Part shown: in pieces, positions 19,580 to 28,322 of the stretch | Layout of the letters: each line of letters opens with the position of its first letter | Position numbering within the stretch: position 1 is the first letter of the stretch | Assembly: GCA_903877385.1 (NCBI GenBank) | Contig: CAIRDP010000030.1 | Span: 9,974-73,973, forward strand | Direction: 5' to 3' | Length of the DNA stretch: 64,000 bases | From: an uncultured Bacteroidales bacterium | Lineage (GTDB): Bacteria; Bacteroidota; Bacteroidia; Bacteroidales; FEN-979 | The notes under the pieces: generated by a model | Told to the model about the DNA's origin: nothing | The model's input: the letters and a program-made list of their open reading frames with translations, nothing else | Database searches by the model: none | Translations under genes and position numbers: made by a program

Positions 19580-19831
19580 GATGGTTTTATTTATTTAATA
19601 CTGCATCAAAGGTAAAGTGATGAAATTCAATAATATGTAATGGAAATTAAAAAAACATTGTAAGCTTGTGATGAATGAAGAGTGTAATGAAATGAATGAC
19701 AAATTCATAATTATCATCTTTGTAAATTTGTTCGTCCTTAAATAGCGACATCCCCTGGAAAATCATCTATCTTTATCTCATCAATTCGAAGTGGTAAAGC
19801 TGAAACGTTTAACCCGATATTTTCCGGAGGT

Positions 19832-20881
19832 ATGAAAAAATTTATATTTACAATTATTGCTTCGGTGATCGTGATTGTGATCATCGTATTGCTGTTTGTA
19901 GTTGGCCATAAAAAAGAGAATACCGGCAAGCGCGAGGTGTTGAGCGACGTCCCTGTCACTATCGACACGGTTCAAAAACAGCCTTTGTCGAACCTGGTCA
20001 GCCTGGTCGGCCTGATCGATGCTGCCAGCGAAGTCGAAATTGTCACGGAAGCCCATGGACTGATCACGAAAGTGAATTTTAAGATCGGCGACCAGGTAAA
20101 GAAAGGAACCGTACTTGTTGAGATCGACGACCTCCTTACTAAGTCGGACCTGGCCAAGCAGGAGATAAATTATTTTAAGGCAAAACGGGATTTTGAGAGG
20201 AATAAAACCCTGTATGAGCAAAACTCGATCTCAGCATCCCAGCTGGATATTTCGAGGCTCGACATGCAGGCGGCCGAAAATGACCTTACAAGGGCAAAGA
20301 GGGCTCTCGACGACACCAAGGTCAAGGCCCCTATGAACGGCACGATCAACTCAAAAAAGATCAACGAAGGCTCCTATATACAGCAGAACTCATCCATAGG
20401 GAATATCGTTGACATCTCCACCCTTAAGGTAAAGGTGAGCGTTTCTGAAAGAGACGCTTTCATGCTGCATCCCGGCGACAGCGTTGAGGTTACGACTGAT
20501 GTTTACCCTGGCCATATTTTCCAGGGACATATTGATAACATTGCTTCCAAAGCCGATGAAGCCCATACTTATCCCGTAGAGATCCATCTCCCGAACGATC
20601 CGGCATTCCCATTGAAGGGAGGGATGTTCGGCCGTATCAATTTCACTTCGGTCACCTCACGAAACGCCATTGCCATTTCGCGCGATGCCCTGATAGGCAG
20701 CGTGAAAGATGCCCAGGTCTTTGTTATCAAAGGAAATATCGCAATCCTCAGGAACATAACCATAGGACGCGAATCGGGCCAGCTGCTCGAAGTCCTGAAC
20801 GGACTGGAAGAGGGGGAGATGGTAGTGACCAGCGGTCAGAATAACCTGTCGGACAACCTGAAAGTTATCATTGTAAAATAA
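19832..20881 (+). CDS. RND efflux periplasmic adaptor (HlyD/MFP family)
   Basis: N-terminal TM anchor, then GLITKVNFKIGDQVKKGTVLVEID, a coiled-coil hairpin, KVKAPMNGTINSKKINEGSYI, and a beta-barrel/MP domain. Confidence 0.88.
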   Translation: MKKFIFTIIASVIVIVIIVLLFVVGHKKENTGKREVLSDVPVTIDTVQKQPLSNLVSLVGLIDAASEVEIVTEAHGLITKVNFKIGDQVKKGTVLVEIDDLLTKSDLAKQEINYFKAKRDFERNKTLYEQNSISASQLDISRLDMQAAENDLTRAKRALDDTKVKAPMNGTINSKKINEGSYIQQNSSIGNIVDISTLKVKVSVSERDAFMLHPGDSVEVTTDVYPGHIFQGHIDNIASKADEAHTYPVEIHLPNDPAFPLKGGMFGRINFTSVTSRNAIAISRDALIGSVKDAQVFVIKGNIAILRNITIGRESGQLLEVLNGLEEGEMVVTSGQNNLSDNLKVIIVK

Positions 20882-20891
20882 AGCAGCTGCC

Positions 20892-23800
20892 ATGTCGATA
20901 ACCGAATTAGCGATAAAACGCCCGTCTTTCATTATCGTGATCTTTCTGGCCTTAGGGATGCTGGCTATTTTCGGGTATTTCCAGCTGGGGTATGAATTAC
21001 TGCCCAAGATCGATCAGCCTTATGTTACGGTAAAAACCCTGTATCCGGGGGCATCCCCCGGTGAAGTGGAGAACAATGTAACCCGGGTGATAGAGGATGC
21101 CCTTTCGGGTATAGAAAAAGTGAAAAACATAAGCTCAACTTCTTATGAAGGACTTTCGCTCATTGGCATAGAATTTTACAGGAATGCTACGATTAACATA
21201 GCCGTTCAGGATGTTCAGCGGAAGGTGAACGAGATCATCTCAACCCTGCCCAAAGAGGTGAAAACCCCTTCGCTGCTCACTTACTCGGTGAGCCAGATCC
21301 CTGTCCTCAGGCTTTCTCTTACTTCCAATCTTTCCCCGGCCAGGTTTTACACCCTGGTCGACGACCAGATCAAACCCAGGCTGTCGAGGGTACAGGGTGT
21401 CGGGAATATCACCATTAACGGCGGACTGAAACGGGAGATCAAGGTGAACATCGACGCCCAGAAGGTCAGGTCGTACGGACTTTCGATAAGCCAGGTGGCT
21501 AACTCAATCAATGCAGCCAACCTCGATTTTCCTACCGGCAAGCTTAAAGACCCCCTGCGGCAGTTCGTGGTAAGGGTAGCCGGGAAATTCACTTCCCTTG
21601 AAGAAATGAACAACCTGGTGGTCGGATATTCCAAAGAGGGAGGGGAGATCCGCCTTCGCGACATTGCCGAGATCCATGATGCAACCATTGATGCCACCCT
21701 CATCAGCAGGTTCAGCGGGATCAATGCACTTGGCCTGGAAATCCAGAAGCAGAACGACGCCAATATGGTGAAAGTCTGCGAGAACGTTCGCAGGGAATTG
21801 AAAGTGCTGGAAGCCGATTACAAGGGCATGAACCTTCATTTCGACATTGCCGACGACCAGAGCGTTTTCACTATGGCGGCAGCCCATGCAGTAATGGAAG
21901 ACCTGGTCCTTGCAATTATTCTTGTAGCTGCAGTGATGTTTCTTTTCCTGCATTCGGTGCGTACGGCGCTTATCGTCATGGTATCCATCCCATGTTCCCT
22001 TACCACTGCATTCGTGGTCATGTGGGTTGCCGGGATGTCTTTAAACCTTTTCACATTATTGGCCTTGTCGCTTGTGATCGGGATACTGGTCGACGACAGC
22101 ATCGTCGTTCTTGAGAACATCTACCATCATCTTGAAAAAGGAGAAGACAGGCTCACTGCATCCGTTAAAGGACGTACTGAGATCGGTTTTGCTGCAGTCT
22201 CAATTACATTTGTCGACATCGTGGTGTTTGTTCCCCTCGCCCTCACTACTGGACTCATAGGTGACATCATCCGCGGGTTTTCGATTATCATCCTTGTCTC
22301 AACCCTTACCAGCCTGATGGTTTCATTTACAGTAACACCCATCCTGGCATCGCGTTTTGCAAAACTCGAATCCATAGCTTCCGACAGCCTTCTTAACAGG
22401 TTTGGGAAGTTCTTTGAGCAGGGTTTCCGCTGGCTTACCGCGAAGTATGCAGCTATTCTCGGATGGAGCCTCAGGAATCCCTACCGGGTGTTATTTGTCG
22501 TCGCATCGGGCCTGGTGATAACGCTGATGATCCCTGCAGCCGGACTTATTGGTTTTGAATTCATGAAACAGACTGACCGCAGCCAGTTTTCGGTGGCTCT
22601 TGAATATGCTCCAGGAACAACCCTGGAAAGCAACAACCGGCAGACAAGGAAGATAGAAGAACTGATCACGACCCTGCCCGAGGTTACGAATATCCTGACC
22701 AACGTGGGTAAGGGAAGCGACGGGGTAAGCACCGACAACCAGACCGAGATCGTGGTTTCGCTATGTGACAAGAATAAGCGCAGCTTAACCACAGCCGAAC
22801 TGGGTTCCAGGGTCAAGGACCTTACCGCGAAAATCCCCGGGGTGAAAGTGTTTATAAACCAGATCGGTTTTGCAGGAGGGGCCAGCTCGGCTCCCGTGCA
22901 GGTGGAGATTACCGGCATCAATTATGATTCCATCATGAAGTCGGCCGACCTGGCTGCAAAAACCCTTATACTGACTCCCGGCGTTACTTACCTGAGATTT
23001 TCGGCAAGCAGGGGAAATCCTGAAACCCGGGTCGAGATCGACCGTCAGAAGATGGCAGCCCTAGGCCTGAGCGTGAGTGACGTAGGCTCGGCCCTGCAGG
23101 TTGCGCTCACCGGGAATAACGACTCGAAATACCGGGATGGCTCGAACCAGTTCGACATACGGGTTGCCCTGGATAAGTTTGACCGGACCAACCCCGACGA
23201 TATCTCTCATCTTTCGTTTATCAACAGTAAAAACAGGATCATCGAACTTCAGCAGTTTGCCAGCATCTACCAGTCCTCGGGACCAACTAAGCTGGAGCGC
23301 AAGAACCGTAATGCGCTTACCACGGTAAGCGCTTATACCGACGGATCTCCTGCGGGTTCCATTGTACAGGCATTTGCTGCAAGGCTTGGCAACAGCAAGG
23401 CAGGAGGAACCGTGATAGGGTTCGGAGGGGACCAGGAGGAGATGCTTACTTCCTTCCTCAGTCTCTTCATCGCACTTATAGCAGCCGTCATCTTTGTTTA
23501 CTTCATCATGGTGATACTGTACGATTCATTCGTGTATCCCCTGGTCGTGCTGTTTTCCATCCCGGTAGCCCTCATAGGGGCTATCCTTGCCCTGGCATTC
23601 ACACATAATACCATCAATGTGTTCTCTATTTTAGGCATTATCATGATGGTAGGCCTTGTTGCCAAGAATGCCATCCTTATCGTGGACCGAACGAACGAGA
23701 AAAGGGCTGAAGGAGAATCCATTTACGACGCACTTATTGATGCAGGTAAAATGCGTATACGCCCTATTTTCATGACCACCCTGGCGATGGTGTTCGGGAT

Positions 23801-26330
23801 GCTGCCCATAGCCACTGCCTCGGGAGCCGGCGCAGAATGGAAGAACGGCCTGGCCTGGGCCCTTATCGGGGGGCTTACCAGCTCGATGTTCCTCACCCTG
23901 GTCGTGGTTCCCATCATCTATGAGAAAATAGCACGTATCATGGAAAAACGCGGTAAAAGGAAAGGCCGCAGCCAGGCTCTTCCCGGGATTATCGTTTCGC
24001 TGTTCCTGGCAGTGTTATTTACCCTTGCCTTTTCTTCTCCTTCCAGGGCCCAGGAGCCTCTTGAATTTAACCTGCAGAAAGTCAGGGTTGCAATTGTATT
24101 TGACGGGCCAGCCAGGGTGAACGAATTGTACAGGGCGACCATGGAGAAAGAGATCAGAAGCCTGATGGCCGGGCAGGTGGATGTTGATTTTGTTCAACAA
24201 CCGGAACTGACCGGGAAATGGACCATGGAAAGCGTGAGAGCCTTGAACGACAGGCTGCTCAGCGATAAAAACGTTGACATCATCGTGTTGATGGGCGCTT
24301 TGGCAGCCCAGGACATTTGTCACAGGAAAAATTTTCAGAGACCTGTGATCGCGGCACCCGTGCTCGACCGTAAACTTCAGGGAATATCCTATGTACAGGG
24401 AACAAGCGGGATAAACAACCTGACCTATATCCAGCTGAAACCTGCCATTGAAAACGAATTCGCCGAGATGAAGAAGATTGTGGATTTCGATAATCTTTCC
24501 ATCCTGGTGAGCCGGGATTATGTAGATATTTTGAACCCCGAACACCGTGCCATCACCAATTTCGACACCATCAACGGGGTAAGGCTGAACCTGATACAGT
24601 GTGATACTTCGGCAGCTGAAACCCTCAGTGCAATTCCAAAACAAACAAATGCCGTATACCTCGATGCCATCATCAAAATGCCGGAGGAACAGTTTAAAAT
24701 CCTGGTCGACTCTCTGAATGCAAGGAAACTGCCCACCTTCGGCTTCGACCAGGTAGAAGTAGAAGCAGGAGTGCTGGCTTCACTTTATCCGCGGCTTGTC
24801 GACAGGCTTTCCAAACGTATTGCCCTTGACATACAGCAAATACTTTTGGGAGTAAATGCATCCACACTCCCCGTGGAACTGCTCACCGGGAAAGGGCTGT
24901 TCCTGAACCTCGGTACCTTTGCCAAACTGGGTCTGAAGATATTGTCGTGGGATGTTCTTACCGAAGCCACCATCGTGGACCTGCTGAGGCAGGACACATC
25001 CGTTCAGTTCATCCAGCTCAGGGAAATCATGAAGCTGGCGCTTGACAGCAACCAGGCGGTTGTTGCAAAGAAATTCGAGATCAGGGCAGGGGCTAAGAAC
25101 GTTGATATCGCAAGGTCGAGCCTGCTTCCCTACCTGGATGTATATGCCCAGGGCATGCTCAACGATTCCAAAAACTACCAGCCTCCTCAGATTGTCACCG
25201 CTAACGGCACACTCTCACAATCAATTTACTCGGAACCCGACTGGGCGAATTTTAATGCCAGTAAATCGAACCAGCAGGCCCTGGTCGAAGACATGTACAC
25301 CAGCGAACTCAACATAGGAAACCAAACGGCCGATGCTTATCTCAATATACTGGAAAGCCGGCATAATTTTCTGCTTCTGCTGAATAACCTGGCGATCAGC
25401 CGGTCGAACCTTGAGATATCCAGAATGAAAAAGGAATCGGGTTCGGTGGGAGAAAACGAGGTATATCGCTGGCAGATAGAAGTTGCCAAATCAAAGAAAG
25501 ATGTGATCAATTCATATTCCAACATGACCCAGGCGGTTTACAAACTGCTCGAGCTCATCCATGTAAGGTATCTTGTTTCCTATAACCTGGCCGATGTAGA
25601 GCTGGCGACATCAGGACTGCTGATTTCCAACCCTGAATTTTACAAAATCCTTGAGGATCCCATCCTCCTCGATAAGCTCAGCAAATTCCTGGTCATAGAG
25701 GGAACCATGAACTCACCCCTGATTCAGCAGTATGATTTCCTGATTACAGCCCAGGAAAGGCTTGCGAGATCGGCCAACATCTCCAGGTTTATTCCGAACA
25801 CCAGCGCGTCGGGAAGTTATACAAACCGGCTGTATCAGACCACTACTTCCGACTGGCCTTTCCCCCCGCCCAACGACACCTGGAACATACAGGCAAAAGT
25901 CGAGATCCCGCTGTTTACCGGTTTGAAGAATAATGCGGCTATGCAGAAAGCCAGGCTCACACTGGCTCAGCGGAAGAGCGAAAAGCAATCCCAGCTGGAT
26001 AAACTGGAATCGGTCATCCGCAGTAACCTCACCACATTAATGTCGGATTACCTGAGCCATAAGCAATGGCTGCTTGCCGAGACCGCAAGCCAGAAGAACC
26101 TTGACCTGGTCACAAATCAGTACCTGCTCGGGAAAAAAAGCATTCTCGACGTACTCGACGCCCAGCAGCAGTTCATCGTCAGCAGCATGTCGCGCAACGG
26201 TTCGTATTATACCTTTCTCAGGGATTATTTCGCATTGCAGCAATCCCTGGGAAAGTTTGATTACATGACGACCCCGGCCGAAAAACAGGATTATCTTTCA
26301 AGGCTGAAGGTGTTCATGGCAAAGCCGTGA
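20892..26330 (+). CDS. fusion ORF: RND (AcrB/HAE1-like) permease + signal-peptide-like TM + ABC_sub_bind-like periplasmic domain + TolC-like outer membrane factor
   Basis: aa 1-~1016 carry ACR_tran motifs (MSITELAIKRPSFIIV..., GILVDDSIVVLENI, VGLVAKNAILIVD). aa 1017-1054 read MEKRGKRKGRSQALPGIIVSLFLAVLFTLAFSSPSRAQ, an n-h-c signal-peptide layout. aa ~1060-1370 resemble PF04392 (DIIVLMGALAAQ, RPVIAAPVLD, KLPTFGFDQVEVEAGVLASL). aa ~1375-1812 are OMF-like (LALDSNQAVVAKKFEIRAGAKNVDIARSSLLPYLDVYAQ). Confidence 0.75.
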   Translation: MSITELAIKRPSFIIVIFLALGMLAIFGYFQLGYELLPKIDQPYVTVKTLYPGASPGEVENNVTRVIEDALSGIEKVKNISSTSYEGLSLIGIEFYRNATINIAVQDVQRKVNEIISTLPKEVKTPSLLTYSVSQIPVLRLSLTSNLSPARFYTLVDDQIKPRLSRVQGVGNITINGGLKREIKVNIDAQKVRSYGLSISQVANSINAANLDFPTGKLKDPLRQFVVRVAGKFTSLEEMNNLVVGYSKEGGEIRLRDIAEIHDATIDATLISRFSGINALGLEIQKQNDANMVKVCENVRRELKVLEADYKGMNLHFDIADDQSVFTMAAAHAVMEDLVLAIILVAAVMFLFLHSVRTALIVMVSIPCSLTTAFVVMWVAGMSLNLFTLLALSLVIGILVDDSIVVLENIYHHLEKGEDRLTASVKGRTEIGFAAVSITFVDIVVFVPLALTTGLIGDIIRGFSIIILVSTLTSLMVSFTVTPILASRFAKLESIASDSLLNRFGKFFEQGFRWLTAKYAAILGWSLRNPYRVLFVVASGLVITLMIPAAGLIGFEFMKQTDRSQFSVALEYAPGTTLESNNRQTRKIEELITTLPEVTNILTNVGKGSDGVSTDNQTEIVVSLCDKNKRSLTTAELGSRVKDLTAKIPGVKVFINQIGFAGGASSAPVQVEITGINYDSIMKSADLAAKTLILTPGVTYLRFSASRGNPETRVEIDRQKMAALGLSVSDVGSALQVALTGNNDSKYRDGSNQFDIRVALDKFDRTNPDDISHLSFINSKNRIIELQQFASIYQSSGPTKLERKNRNALTTVSAYTDGSPAGSIVQAFAARLGNSKAGGTVIGFGGDQEEMLTSFLSLFIALIAAVIFVYFIMVILYDSFVYPLVVLFSIPVALIGAILALAFTHNTINVFSILGIIMMVGLVAKNAILIVDRTNEKRAEGESIYDALIDAGKMRIRPIFMTTLAMVFGMLPIATASGAGAEWKNGLAWALIGGLTSSMFLTLVVVPIIYEKIARIMEKRGKRKGRSQALPGIIVSLFLAVLFTLAFSSPSRAQEPLEFNLQKVRVAIVFDGPARVNELYRATMEKEIRSLMAGQVDVDFVQQPELTGKWTMESVRALNDRLLSDKNVDIIVLMGALAAQDICHRKNFQRPVIAAPVLDRKLQGISYVQGTSGINNLTYIQLKPAIENEFAEMKKIVDFDNLSILVSRDYVDILNPEHRAITNFDTINGVRLNLIQCDTSAAETLSAIPKQTNAVYLDAIIKMPEEQFKILVDSLNARKLPTFGFDQVEVEAGVLASLYPRLVDRLSKRIALDIQQILLGVNASTLPVELLTGKGLFLNLGTFAKLGLKILSWDVLTEATIVDLLRQDTSVQFIQLREIMKLALDSNQAVVAKKFEIRAGAKNVDIARSSLLPYLDVYAQGMLNDSKNYQPPQIVTANGTLSQSIYSEPDWANFNASKSNQQALVEDMYTSELNIGNQTADAYLNILESRHNFLLLLNNLAISRSNLEISRMKKESGSVGENEVYRWQIEVAKSKKDVINSYSNMTQAVYKLLELIHVRYLVSYNLADVELATSGLLISNPEFYKILEDPILLDKLSKFLVIEGTMNSPLIQQYDFLITAQERLARSANISRFIPNTSASGSYTNRLYQTTTSDWPFPPPNDTWNIQAKVEIPLFTGLKNNAAMQKARLTLAQRKSEKQSQLDKLESVIRSNLTTLMSDYLSHKQWLLAETASQKNLDLVTNQYLLGKKSILDVLDAQQQFIVSSMSRNGSYYTFLRDYFALQQSLGKFDYMTTPAEKQDYLSRLKVFMAKP

Positions 26331-26365
26331 TGCAGGCAGAACAATGACCGGTTTGGTTCTTTAAT

Positions 26366-26399
26366 CTCTCCCGGTAAATTCCCCGCCTCTCTGGGACGG
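26366..26399. repeat. half copy of the 19.44-kb palindromic element
   Basis: ctctcccggtaaattccccgcctctctgggacgg matches 19444-19477 (cactcccggtaagttccctgcccttctggggtgg) at 27 of 34 positions by hand alignment. It lies just downstream of the RND fusion ORF. Confidence 0.5.
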
Positions 26400-26544
26400 A
26401 TCCCGGGTCCAGGGCCTTGAGGTTAATACAGGTGTATTAAAAAATTCATGACAGCAACTTTTTTCTTGCCAATGCAGAGATTTCAGAACTTACCAAAAAG
26501 CCCACAAAAAGCATCAACCGATTGACATTATATTAATAAAATAA

Positions 26545-26552
26545 TATCTTTG
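26545..26552 (+). promoter_or_regulatory. candidate Bacteroidota -7 promoter box (TAnnTTTG) for the AAA-ATPase gene
   Basis: TATCTTTG lies 17 nt upstream of the ATG at 26569 in an AT-rich leader, with a TTG about 20 nt further upstream (26522-26524). Confidence 0.35.
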
Positions 26553-26568
26553 CATTCATATAATTTGC

Positions 26569-27249
26569 ATGATGGAAAAGCTGGTACAAAAATTTTATGA
26601 GAAATATGCCTCTGTCCAAACTGAAATTGTACGTGATTTTGTCAATGAAATTGATTGGTCCAACAGGGTCATCGGGATTAAAGGAAGCAGAGGTGTTGGA
26701 AAGACAACCCTGGTTTTACAATACATCAAACAGAACTTTGCTCCCGACAGCAGCGTTCTTTACATTAGCCTGGATAATTTATACTTTTCCGACAACAAGC
26801 TTTACGATCTGGCCGATGTGTTTCATAAAAAAGGGGGTAAGTTACTGGTGATAGACGAAGTACATAAATATGCAAACTGGACAACCGAGCTAAAGAATAT
26901 TTACGATGACTTATCCGGTTTGAAAATAATTTTTTCCGGATCATCTTTATTGCACCTGAGGCAAACTAAAGCTGATTTAAGCCGCAGGGCAGTGATGTAT
27001 GAGATGCCGGGACTATCCTTCAGAGAATATTTGCATTTTCAGACCAATATAAAATTTCCAATTTTCAGCCTGGAAGAGATCCTGAACAATCATATTCAGT
27101 TATCGGTTAGGATCATTAAAAAAATAAAACCGCTTGCATACTTCGGCGATTATTTAAACTATGGATATTACCCGTTTTTCAAAGAAAGTCTGACATCCTT
27201 TCACCAAAAGCTCAGCGAAATATTACTTACAGTGCTTGAAGTTGACATT
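26569..27249 (+). pseudogene. AAA-ATPase (AAA_14 + DUF4143-type) gene, 5' fragment (codons 1-227), disrupted by prophage insertion
   Basis: Walker A GSRGVGKTT and Walker B LLVIDEVHKY. The native reading frame ends at ...LTVLEVDI (codon boundary at 27249). The remaining 15 codons of the track ORF (YNSQNKLYKFSKRSV*) are read from phage-end DNA. Confidence 0.85.
27245..27249. repeat. target-site duplication, left copy (ACATT)
   Basis: ACATT lies directly before the prophage end, and an identical pentamer lies directly after the other end at 61391-61395. The flanking bases differ, so the duplication is at most 5 bp. Confidence 0.8.
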
Positions 27250-27330
27250 TATAATTCGCAAAACAAATTGTATAAATTTTCAAAACGAAGTGTATAAATA
27301 ATTCGCATTGCGAAATTAACCATTATACGC
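27250..27330. promoter_or_regulatory. prophage terminal region (Mu right-end equivalent) with repeated putative transposase-binding sites
   Basis: Direct repeats cgCAAAACAAATTGTATAAA (27257-27276) and ttCAAAACGAAGTGTATAAA (27279-27298) start 22 bp apart. An inverted partial copy (cattatacgc) lies at 27321-27330. Confidence 0.6.
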
Positions 27331-27342
27331 TATATTTGTCAC

Positions 27343-27435
27343 GTCACATCTTCAATACAATCCATTTGGCTTATCTCAACATTGACATAAGCCCGGCAAT
27401 AGGGTGCTTGCACCCTTTGGTATTGGAGATGTGAC
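27343..27435. other. nested inverted-repeat structure (three-way junction) between dam and the prophage end
   Basis: The outer 16-bp stem pairs gtcacatcttcaatac (27343-27358) with gtattggagatgtgac (27420-27435), with one T:G pair. It encloses hairpins ggcttat/ataagcc (27368-27374 / 27387-27393) and agggtg/caccct (27401-27416). Confidence 0.5.
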
Positions 27436-27443
27436 AATTTTCT

Positions 27444-28259
27444 TTATCTGCCGGGCTTACCTTTTTGTATAGGGTAATTGGCTGTCAATACCTCGATTTT
27501 ATTTGATCTGACTGCCTTCTTTGAGGCACATAAAGGCATTTTAAAAGCCAGCTGGGACCAGCCATGCTTCTTGGCATATTGAGTGATAATGTCCTGAGGG
27601 TAATTGCTTAATAAAAACTTTCCTTTGATGTTTGATAGCCTTATCAAGAGCTGCTCAAGGTTGTCCATCGTATAACCCTTGTAATGGCCCAAATTGGTCC
27701 CAGGATAAGGTGGGTCGATATAATGAAAGGTATCCGGTGTATCATATAGCCTGATTACGTCAAGGGCGTCACGGCACTCTATTTGCGTTAATTCAATACG
27801 CTCCTGAAGCTGATCAGTAAACTGCCTTTTTTTATTCATAACTTTCCTTGCAATACTGGATTTGCTTTTATCAAACCCCCAGGATCCTGAGAGCTGACTT
27901 CCGAAGGATTGAGTGGATAATACCCATAAGGCCCATGCCCTGGTTACCGGATCGTGGAGTATTGGCTGCTGATAAATCTCCCATGCCTGCTTATGAGTCT
28001 TACGACTGTGCAATGTGATTTTAACGACTTTTTGAAGGGCTTTAAATTGTGTTTTAAGAACAACGTAAAAGTTGATCAGCTCATCATTCATGTCATTGAT
28101 CACTTCAACCTTTGAAGGGGCCTTTAACCAGTAAATGGCGGCACCTCCACAGAAGGGTTCACAATAAACAGTGTGTTTGGGAATTAAAGGCAGAATATGC
28201 CTCGACATTTGTTGTTTGCCCCCATAGTAAGAAATGGGGGTCTTAATAGTGTCAATCAT
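27444..28259 (-). CDS. dam: DNA adenine methyltransferase (Dam / D12 class N6-MTase)
   Basis: YYGGKQQ...YCEPFCGGAAIY (AdoMet motif I) and IDPPYPGT (catalytic DPPY motif IV). It is the last gene before the prophage end. Confidence 0.88.
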   Translation of the reverse strand: MIDTIKTPISYYGGKQQMSRHILPLIPKHTVYCEPFCGGAAIYWLKAPSKVEVINDMNDELINFYVVLKTQFKALQKVVKITLHSRKTHKQAWEIYQQPILHDPVTRAWALWVLSTQSFGSQLSGSWGFDKSKSSIARKVMNKKRQFTDQLQERIELTQIECRDALDVIRLYDTPDTFHYIDPPYPGTNLGHYKGYTMDNLEQLLIRLSNIKGKFLLSNYPQDIITQYAKKHGWSQLAFKMPLCASKKAVRSNKIEVLTANYPIQKGKPGR

Positions 28260-28322
28260 CGCTTAGGGTTTAAATGTTAGTACTTTGCTTATCCCAACAT
28301 CAACCCTTGAAATGAATAGATT

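Noticed and set aside
19388-19615. 75-aa plus-strand ORF next to the tRNA.
   Set aside because: It reads straight through the 61-bp palindromic element and through the antisense of the HU-like stub. It begins immediately beside the tRNA and has no protein-like features.
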